From contig CAWAND010000010.1 of the NCBI GenBank assembly GCA_963783335.1, positions 1,397,990 to 1,461,989 of the forward strand: a stretch of DNA of 64,000 nt. The letters run 5' to 3'. The number at the start of each line of letters is the position of its first letter. The stretch's first letter is position 1. Below the pieces are notes generated by a model. The model searched no databases. It saw only the letters and a program-made list of their open reading frames with translations, and was not told the origin of the DNA. Source of the DNA: an uncultured Chloroflexia bacterium (lineage in GTDB: Bacteria; Chloroflexota; Anaerolineae; Anaerolineales; E44-bin32). The translations under genes and the position numbers were made by a program. Of this stretch, positions 55,900 through 63,143 are shown piece by piece.

Positions 55900-58128
55900 A
55901 TGCCCGTGATCGGTCAATCCCTCCCACGGTTGGACGCCAAGGATAAAGTCATCGGAAAAGCGCTCTATCCTGGCGACATCAATCGCCCCAACCAGGCCAT
56001 GGCCAAGATCCTTTTCGCCGGCCGGCCCCACGCCCGAATCACACGACTGGATTCAACCAAGGCGGAATCCATGCCGGGCGTCATAGCCGTGTTTACCGCC
56101 AAAGACGTGCCGGTCAACGAATACGGTCTGATCATGCCCGACCAACCCGTCCTGTGTGGGCCGGGTTCAAGCAAGGCAGACGCCGACCACGTGCGCTTTG
56201 TTGGCGATCAAGTTGCTTTGGTTGTCGCGGAAACTGAAACCCAAGCCGAGGCGGCTGTGAAGGAAATCGAGGTTGAGTACGAAGATCTTCCGGTGCTCAC
56301 CGACCCCCTCCAGGCACGGGAAGAAGGCGCCTTCCAGATCCATCCCGATCGGGAGCACAACATCTTCTGTGAGTATCACATCCGGCATGGGGATGTCGCC
56401 TCCGGCTTTGAACAGGCAGACATCATTGTTGAAGGTGAATATCGCACTCCGGCCCAAGAACACGCTTTCCTTCAACCCGAAGCTGGCCTTGCCTACATCG
56501 ATGAACAGGGGCGGGTCACAGTGGAGGTCGGGGGCCAGTGGACCCACGAGGACCGAGAGCAGATCGCCCATGCACTGGATCTCCCCGACGAAGACGTCCG
56601 GATCGTCTATCCCGCCATCGGCGGTGCTTTCGGCGGGCGGGAGGACATGTCGATCCAGATCGTGCTCGCGCTGGCTGCGTGGCGACTTCACCAGAAGGGC
56701 ATCGAACGACCGGTGAAGATCATCTGGTCCCGGGAAGAGTCAATCATTGGGCACCACAAGCGGCATCCCTTTGTCATAAGAGCCAAGTGGGGAGCCACCA
56801 AGGAAGGCAAGGTCGTGGCGGCCGAGATGGAGGTCGTTCAGGACGGCGGTGCCTATGCCTACACGTCCACCAAAGTCTTGGGTAATGCCACATTGATGTG
56901 CAGCGGACCCTACGAGATCCCGAACGTCAAGGTCGACGCCTACAGCATCTACACCAACAACATTCCCGGCGGCGCATTTCGCGGCTTTGGCGCCCCCCAA
57001 GGGATCTTCGCTGCCGAAACGCAAATTGCGCGACTGGCTGAAGCACTCGATATGGACCCGGTTGAGATTCGCATGCGCAATGCGCTAACCGAGTCATCCA
57101 TCCTTCCCGTGGGCACAAAGCTCCCCGGGGGGGTCTCGATGAAGACCGTGATCCAGCGTTGTGCAGAGGAGGCTGGGTGGCGAGAGACGGACGAAGGCTG
57201 GACAGCGCCATCTGCGGATTCGCTTGGAGAACCGTCCGCGCCGCATCTCAAACGCGGGATCGGGTTTGCCTGCGGCTACAAGAACGTCGGCTTTTCTTTC
57301 GGAGCGCCTGAAAGCTGCGAGGCGCGTGTCGAACTCCGGGGAGGCGGCGAGATTGAAGAGCTGTGGGTGCGCCATGCCGGTGCCGACGTCGGGCAGGGCT
57401 CGCACACCGCCATCGCCCAAATGGCCGCTGAGGCAGCAGGGGTCCCGATTGAACGAGTTAGGCTGGAGATGTCCGATACCGCCTCTTCTGGCGATTCCGG
57501 CTCCGCCTCGGCCTCCCGTATGACATTTATGGCTGGCAACGCGGTCCAAGGCGCTGTCGAGGCAGCCTTGCGGCAATGGGAGGCCGAAGACCGGCCGGCC
57601 ATTGGCCAATTCGTCTATCACCCCCCGAAGACGAGTATGCTCGATCCGAAGACGGGAGAGTCCATGCCCAACTTCGCCTACGGCTACGTGGCCGAGGCCG
57701 CCACGGTGGATGTAGACGCTGAGACGGGCCAGTTGCACGTCTTGAACGTGGTTTGCGCCGACGATGTGGGCAAAGCCATCAATCCCGAATTGGTCAAGGG
57801 GCAGATCGAAGGCGCTGTGGTTCAGGCTGCCGGCTATGGCATTCTAGAGAACTTCGTCCAGCAGGATGGCTACGTCCAATCCGCCCATTTCTCGACCTAT
57901 TTGATCCCCGGTATTCTCGACATCCCTGACACGGTCAAGAGCGTGATTGTCGAGTATCCAGACCCTCGGGGCCCATGGGGGGCGCGCGGTATGGCCGAAA
58001 TGCCGTTCATTCCCCTGGCGGCAGCCCTGACAGCGGCGGTGCACAATGCGGCTGGCGTCTGGTTTCACGCCTTCCCGCTCACGCCGGAGAGGGTGCTGGC
58101 GGGCATTCGGCCCTTGAAGGACCAATGA
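55900..58128 (+). CDS. Xanthine-dehydrogenase-type hydroxylase, molybdopterin-binding large subunit
   Basis: 742 aa. RLDAKDKVIGKALYPGD, GGAFGGRED, GFGAPQG, ARGMAEMP blocks of the XDH/aldehyde-oxidase/CoxL family. Confidence 0.92.
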   Translation: MPVIGQSLPRLDAKDKVIGKALYPGDINRPNQAMAKILFAGRPHARITRLDSTKAESMPGVIAVFTAKDVPVNEYGLIMPDQPVLCGPGSSKADADHVRFVGDQVALVVAETETQAEAAVKEIEVEYEDLPVLTDPLQAREEGAFQIHPDREHNIFCEYHIRHGDVASGFEQADIIVEGEYRTPAQEHAFLQPEAGLAYIDEQGRVTVEVGGQWTHEDREQIAHALDLPDEDVRIVYPAIGGAFGGREDMSIQIVLALAAWRLHQKGIERPVKIIWSREESIIGHHKRHPFVIRAKWGATKEGKVVAAEMEVVQDGGAYAYTSTKVLGNATLMCSGPYEIPNVKVDAYSIYTNNIPGGAFRGFGAPQGIFAAETQIARLAEALDMDPVEIRMRNALTESSILPVGTKLPGGVSMKTVIQRCAEEAGWRETDEGWTAPSADSLGEPSAPHLKRGIGFACGYKNVGFSFGAPESCEARVELRGGGEIEELWVRHAGADVGQGSHTAIAQMAAEAAGVPIERVRLEMSDTASSGDSGSASASRMTFMAGNAVQGAVEAALRQWEAEDRPAIGQFVYHPPKTSMLDPKTGESMPNFAYGYVAEAATVDVDAETGQLHVLNVVCADDVGKAINPELVKGQIEGAVVQAAGYGILENFVQQDGYVQSAHFSTYLIPGILDIPDTVKSVIVEYPDPRGPWGARGMAEMPFIPLAAALTAAVHNAAGVWFHAFPLTPERVLAGIRPLKDQ

Positions 58129-58943
58129 ACGGGGTCGGGCCAAGGACCCTGATTCGTGGAGGCGGGGACCTGGCGACCGGTGTCGCCTACCGGCTGCATC
58201 AAGCTGGCTTCGCCGTGGTGGTCGCAGAGACAGAACAACCGCTGGCCGTTCGACGATTGGTGGCCCTGGCCGAGGCGATCTATGCCGGATCGGTGGAAAT
58301 CGAAGGACTGCGCGGCGTCCGCGTTTTCGATGAAGGCGAAATTCAGGCTGCGCTGAAGGCCGGCGAGGTTCCGGTGATTGTCGACCCAGAGGCAGGTTTG
58401 CTGTCGAGCGGCCATTGGATCGCACTTATCGATGGGCGGATGAGAAAACGCCCCCCCGAACTCCCCCTTTCCTCTGCGCCCATGGTGATCGGCTTGGGCC
58501 CCGGGTTTACGGCAGGCAAGGATTGCCATGCTGTCGTTGAGACGAACCGTGGGCACCGCATGGGCCGCGTCTATTGGGAAGGCTCGGCGGAAGCTGACAC
58601 GGGGGTCCCCGAGGCGGTGCTTGGATATGATGTGGATCGCGTCTTGCGTGCCCCTGCCGAGGGTGTCCTCATGTCGCATGTGGCACTGGGTAAGCAGGTA
58701 CATCGAGGCGAGACCATTGCCACGGTGGACGGCCATGAAGTGACAGCTGCCTTCGATGGCGTGCTGAGAGGGCTGATCCACGATGGTCTGCCCGTGCATG
58801 AGGCTATGAAGATAGGCGATCTGGATCCGCGCCGAAATCCCAGTTACTGCACCCAAATCTCTGACAAGTCACTGGCCGTTGGAGGAGGGGTTTTGGAGGC
58901 TATGCTGTCGAGTCCGAAAATCCGGCGGCAGTTGGCGGCTTGA
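58125..58943 (+). CDS. YqeB/EF2563-type selenium-dependent molybdenum hydroxylase system protein
   Basis: ATGA overlap with the Mo subunit. TLIRGGGDLATGVAYRLHQAGFAVVVAETEQPLAVRRLVALAEAIYAG matches my recollection of the short YqeB-family maturation protein. The tracked ORF 57975..58943 has a spurious N-extension. Confidence 0.6.
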   Translation: MNGVGPRTLIRGGGDLATGVAYRLHQAGFAVVVAETEQPLAVRRLVALAEAIYAGSVEIEGLRGVRVFDEGEIQAALKAGEVPVIVDPEAGLLSSGHWIALIDGRMRKRPPELPLSSAPMVIGLGPGFTAGKDCHAVVETNRGHRMGRVYWEGSAEADTGVPEAVLGYDVDRVLRAPAEGVLMSHVALGKQVHRGETIATVDGHEVTAAFDGVLRGLIHDGLPVHEAMKIGDLDPRRNPSYCTQISDKSLAVGGGVLEAMLSSPKIRRQLAA

Positions 58944-60281
58944 GTGCTGCTGTCCAAAGCACTCCGAACCGCTGCCGGCACAACCATCTCCTTCACTGGA
59001 GCTGGCGGCAAGTCCGGCGCGCTGCGTAGACTGGCCGGAGAAACCTCGCCTGACATCCCTGTTCTGCTGACCACAACAACCCACCTTGGCCTCGACCAGG
59101 CCGATTTGGCCGCGTCGCACATTGTGCTGACCGGGCGGATTGATATGGACCGAGCACGAGAAGGGTTGGGGCACACCGGCAGCCTGCTCGTCACCGGCCC
59201 GCCCCTGGAAGACCGGTCCCGCTGGTCCTCGCCTGGCGAAGCCAACCTGATCCTGCTCCATGAGCTCGCCCAGCAGGCCGGGGCGGTGCTGGTGATTGAA
59301 GCTGACGGGGCGCGCGGTAAAAGCCTCAAGGCGCCGGCTGAACACGAGCCACTTGTGCCGAATTTCACAAATATACTTGTGCCCGTCGTGGGGGCGTCCG
59401 TCTTTGGACTCCCGCTTACGGCGGACTTTGTCCATCGGCCGGAGGTGGCCGCCCAGGTTCTAGGTGAGCCCTTGGGGGTGGACCTTACCCCCGGGCGTGT
59501 TGCCAGACTGGTTGGATCCTCGGATGGGGGCCTCAAAGGACGACCGGAGGGGGCCGAGCTGCGCGTTCTCATCTCTCAGGTGGATGAAGCGGGCCGCCGG
59601 GAGGCGGCTCTGGATTGCGCCGCGCAGCTGTTGTTGGCCTCGGATGTGAACTCGGTCATTCTTGCATCTCTGGCGGCCGCCGACCCGGTGGAACAGGTTG
59701 TCGGGCGGACGGCGGGCGTGATCCTGGCAGCCGGCGGCTCAAAACGCTTGGGACGTCCCAAGCTGCTCGAGAACTGGAAAGGGAAGCCGCTGGTTCGCTT
59801 TGCTGTGCAAGCCGCCCTTGCAGGGGGCCTGGCCCCGGTGGTCGTGGTGCTGGGTGACCACGCTCATGAGGTCAGCCGGGCGATCGATGATTTGCCGGTG
59901 CGCACTCTGGTCAATGATCAGTGGGAGATCGGGCAATCGTCGTCCATGCGCCTAGGGCTGGCCGCCGTCCGGGTCAAGGCGGAGGCTGCCATGTTCTTGC
60001 TGGCGGATATGCCGCTGGTCGAACCGAAGCTCATCCGTTCCATTGTCCGGACCCACTGGGCCAGTCTGGCGCCGATTGTCCTTCCACATGCGGAGGGGAA
60101 GCGGGGAAATCCGGTGCTTTTTGATCGATCGACCTTCGATGCCCTGGCGCAAGTCGAGGGGGACACGGGAGGCCGGGCCATTTTCAATCAATTCGAGACA
60201 CAGATTGTGGAAGCTGATGCTCGAGGGTTTTTCGATCTGGATACCCAACAGGACCTGAAGTGGCTGGAGGGCCAGTCATAA
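58944..60281 (+). CDS. Fusion of YqeC-like P-loop protein and MocA/YgfJ-like molybdenum-cofactor nucleotidyltransferase
   Basis: GTG directly after the previous stop. N-half TISFTGAGGKSGALRRLA..VLLTTTTHL (YqeC-type). C-half GVILAAGGSKRLGRPKLL..LLADMPLV (MobA-like NTP transferase). Confidence 0.65.
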   Translation: MLLSKALRTAAGTTISFTGAGGKSGALRRLAGETSPDIPVLLTTTTHLGLDQADLAASHIVLTGRIDMDRAREGLGHTGSLLVTGPPLEDRSRWSSPGEANLILLHELAQQAGAVLVIEADGARGKSLKAPAEHEPLVPNFTNILVPVVGASVFGLPLTADFVHRPEVAAQVLGEPLGVDLTPGRVARLVGSSDGGLKGRPEGAELRVLISQVDEAGRREAALDCAAQLLLASDVNSVILASLAAADPVEQVVGRTAGVILAAGGSKRLGRPKLLENWKGKPLVRFAVQAALAGGLAPVVVVLGDHAHEVSRAIDDLPVRTLVNDQWEIGQSSSMRLGLAAVRVKAEAAMFLLADMPLVEPKLIRSIVRTHWASLAPIVLPHAEGKRGNPVLFDRSTFDALAQVEGDTGGRAIFNQFETQIVEADARGFFDLDTQQDLKWLEGQS

Positions 60282-60315
60282 GCAAGAACATGGGTGGGCG
60301 ACAGAAACGGGTTCA

Positions 60316-60344
60316 TTGCTGGGCCGTTGGGGGTCAGGTATACT
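60316..60344 (+). promoter_or_regulatory. Candidate promoter TTGCTG-N17-TATACT upstream of the receiver gene
   Basis: -35 at 60316-60321, -10 at 60339-60344, 26 nt before ATG 60370. Confidence 0.4.
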
Positions 60345-60369
60345 CCGGTCTCTGGCATGAGTTGGTGCC

Positions 60370-60771
60370 ATGGAGGTCTTCTTGGACGACTTGACCATCC
60401 TGATCGTGGACGACGAAGCGACCACGGCCGAAATGTTCAGTCTGATGCTTGAGAACGAGGGCTATCAAACTGCGGTTGTGCACGGCACCGGGACGGCGAT
60501 CCGAGCCATTCAGCAGCATCGCCCCAACTTGGTGCTGGTGGATGTGATGATGCCCGGACTTTCTGGGCTGGAGTTCTGCAGGTTCATTCGCCGCGAGCCG
60601 GATTTGAGGGATCTTCCCATCATCATCGCCTCGGCCATGAGCCAGCCCGAGGATGTGCAGGCCGGTATGGATGCGGGAGCCGATGTCTATCTCATGAAGC
60701 CGATTTCCAAAGCGGATCTGATGGAAGGCGTGGAAGCTGCGCTTCAGTCTTCGGATGGTCCGGCGCGTTGA
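60370..60771 (+). CDS. Stand-alone response-regulator receiver (CheY-like)
   Basis: ILIVDDE, phospho-acceptor LVLVDVMMPGLSG, IIASA, conserved K in YLMKP. Confidence 0.88.
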   Translation: MEVFLDDLTILIVDDEATTAEMFSLMLENEGYQTAVVHGTGTAIRAIQQHRPNLVLVDVMMPGLSGLEFCRFIRREPDLRDLPIIIASAMSQPEDVQAGMDAGADVYLMKPISKADLMEGVEAALQSSDGPAR

Positions 60772-60797
60772 CCGACGCAGAATGCGGATGCTATAAT
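60768..60797 (+). promoter_or_regulatory. Near-consensus promoter TTGACC-N18(TGc)-TATAAT for the aspS leader
   Basis: -35 at 60768-60773 overlaps the receiver stop codon. TATAAT at 60792-60797 preceded by TGC. Confidence 0.65.
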
Positions 60798-60976
60798 CGC
60801 GTGCATCAGAAAGTCACTCTCATGAGGCTGATTTCGATGGCGCAGAAGCCCAACGCGAATACGAATCCCCGGCGGCGGAAGGCGGGCACCCCCGCAGAGT
60901 AACCTCGTGGGTGATGACCCCTCCGCCGCCCGAACGCGACATCTCGGGCGGCGCCTTTTTTTGATCGGGAGGCAGC
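60798..60976 (+). promoter_or_regulatory. aspS 5' leader with mutually exclusive antiterminator/terminator (attenuator, possible divergent T-box)
   Basis: GGCGGCGGAAGG (about 60877-60889) can pair with CCTCCGCCGCC (60919-60929), which overlaps the 5' arm of the terminator. A GGGTGATGACC element lies where a T-box GGGUGGUACC would be. Confidence 0.5.
60924..60962 (+). terminator. Intrinsic terminator inside the aspS leader
   Basis: CGCCGCCCGA-ACGCGACATC-TCGGGCGGCG perfect 10-bp stem, then CCTTTTTTT. Ends 14 nt before the GGGAGG RBS/ATG of aspS. Confidence 0.8.
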
Positions 60977-62780
60977 ATGTACAAGTCCCAAAACTGCGGA
61001 GAACTCACTGCCGAACACGCCGGCGATCAAGTCGTCCTTGCAGGATGGGTTCACCGACGCCGGGATCACGGTGGCGTGACATTCCTTGACCTCAGGGACC
61101 GATCCGGCCTGGTTCAGGTGGTGGCAAATCCCGACCTCTCAGCCGAGGCGCATCGCCACGCCGAACAGGTCCGGCCGGAATGGGTGATTCAGGTCACGGG
61201 CAAGGTCCGCCGTCGGCCCGCGGGCAGCGAGAACCCCGACATGCCGACCGGGGAAGTTGAGGTCGAAGCGCAAGAGTTGAACATTCTCAACCCTGCCAAG
61301 ACGCCCCCATTCCCGATCAACGAAGAGACCGAGGTCGACGAAACCGTTCGTCTCAAGTACCGCTACCTTGACTTGCGGCGAGAGCGGCTTCAGCGGAACC
61401 TGGAACTTCGCCACCGGGTTATCAAGTACATCCGAGACGCGCTTGATGCCCGGGGTTTTTGGGAGGTTGAGACTCCAATTCTGTTCAAGACGACGCCCGA
61501 AGGGGCTCGCGACTATCTTGTGCCCTCCCGGCTCTATCCGGGCGAGTTTTACGCCCTGCCGCAGTCCCCGCAACAGCTCAAACAGCTGCTGATGGTGGCC
61601 GGGGTAGAGCGATACTTTCAAATCGCCCGCTGTTTTCGGGATGAGGATCAGCGCGGAGATCGCCAACCGGAGTTCACGCAGCTGGACATCGAAATGTCTT
61701 TTGTGCAGCGGGAAGATATTCTGGACTTGGTGGAGCCCATCTACACGTCACTGGTGGAAGAGCTTGTGCCGCACAAGCGCTTGCTGGCCTCGCCATGGCC
61801 CCGGTTGACGTACGCTGAGGCGATGAATCGGTTTGGGAAGGACAATCCCGACCTGCGTTTTGGTATGGAACTCATCGATCTGACCGACTTGGCCGAATCG
61901 AGCGGATTTCAAGTCTTCGAGAAGGCAGCCGCGAACGGTGGGCATGTGCGCTGCATCAACGCACGCGGCTGCGGCGGGTACAGTCGGCGCCAAATCGATG
62001 AGTTGACTGAGTATCTCGCGCCGTTTGGTGCCAAGGGGCTGGCCTACCTGGCTATCGACGAGCAGGGGAAGGAGCGCTCTTCCTTCGCAAAATTCCTCTC
62101 CGAAGACACCTTGCGCGAGCTGCGGGCTCGGACGGATCTCCAGCCAGGTGACCTGCTGCTGTGTGTTGCCGATCAACCGAAGATTGTGTTCGAATCCCTC
62201 GGGAGGCTGCGTGAGCACTTGGGAGACATGCTGGATCTACGGGATCCAGAGGTGCTGGCATTCTGCTGGGTGATCGATTTCCCGCTCATGACTTGGAACG
62301 GGGACGAGTTCCAGATGGGATCCCAGCCAGCACCAATTCACCATGCCTGTTGATGAGGACATTCCCCTGCTTGATTCAGATCCGGGCGCGGTGCGGGGCT
62401 CCCAGTACGATATGATTCTGAACGGCAATGAGGTGGCAGGAGGCAGCATCCGCATTCACGATCGCCAGCTCCAGGAGAAGATCTTTCCGTTGATTGGGCA
62501 GAAGCTGGAAACGGCGCGTGAGCTGTTCGGGCATATGTTGGAGGCCTTTGAGTACGGCGCGCCACCGCATGGCGGCATCGCCTCCGGCCTCGATCGTTTG
62601 GTCATGCTCCTGGCAGATGAACCAAACATCCGTCAGGTGATCGCCTTCCCCAAGAATCAGGCTGCCAGGGATGTGATGGCAGCCGCGCCCTCTCCAGCCA
62701 CCTCCGAACAACTGGACGAATTGCACCTGGAGGTCAACGCGCCGGACGACAACGCTGGTTCCATTGCCAACCCGAAATGA
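60977..62780 (+). pseudogene. aspS: Aspartate--tRNA ligase, split (60977..62353 / 62343..62780) by a frameshift at 62305-62312
   Basis: N-part [74 protein letters not shown]... The +1 frame continues [44 protein letters not shown]. Coding strand is GAC GAG TTC CAG ATG. Removing one T gives [15 protein letters not shown]. Confidence 0.92.
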
Positions 62781-63010
62781 GTCGTGGTATACATAGAGTC
62801 AATCCCTGCCGTGTTCGTGATGCGGCATATCGTTTTGAGCCAACAGTAATTAAGAGGGAACCGATCTTCAGTGTGTGACGCGATAGGCTGCGGCCAAGGC
62901 GGAACTCACGAGTAGGTCCCCACCTGCGAATGCAGGTTCAAAACCTGGCGGCACACGGCATGGCGGGGGCTTTCTCAAAAACGACAAGAGTATCTGGTGG
63001 CCTCGCGTAA

Positions 63011-63040
63011 GGGATGCGAAACAGCTCGCATCCCTTTTTT
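63011..63040 (+). terminator. Rho-independent terminator 230 nt downstream of aspS
   Basis: GGGATGCGA-AACAGC-TCGCATCCC perfect 9-bp stem followed by TTTTTT. Confidence 0.8.
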
Positions 63041-63143
63041 GGTCCTTCGCGCCGGTGGAACGGGGCCGTGTCTTGCGCTGGCTTTTGATCTCAGGTAGAC
63101 TTCCCATATTGGGTTGTAATAAGAGGTGTTTTAGTCTCTTCCT

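Noticed and set aside
60822-60902. 26-codon ORF (MRLISMAQKPNANTNPRRRKAGTPAE) in the aspS leader as a leader peptide
   Set aside because: It has no Asp codons and no SD, so it gives no rationale for Asp-dependent ribosome-stalling attenuation.
1208-62353. The premature TGA codons (1208, 20742, 28485, 36833, 62351) as selenocysteine recoding, tempting given the selenium-linked neighbourhood
   Set aside because: In-frame read-through past each TGA gives non-homologous junk. Family-conserved sequence resumes only in a shifted frame, so these are frameshifts and not UGA-Sec.
62923-62948. tRNA-like T-arm motif (CAGG-TTCAAAA-CCTG)
   Set aside because: The stem is only 4 bp. Its 5' arm is also the 3' arm of an adjacent hairpin, and no acceptor, D or anticodon arms can be drawn around it.
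63041-63143. LexA/SOS (Cheo-type GAAC-N4-GTTC) box upstream of recA
   Set aside because: No such palindrome is present. Only a possible TTGCGC-N17-TAGACT promoter was seen, too weak to list.
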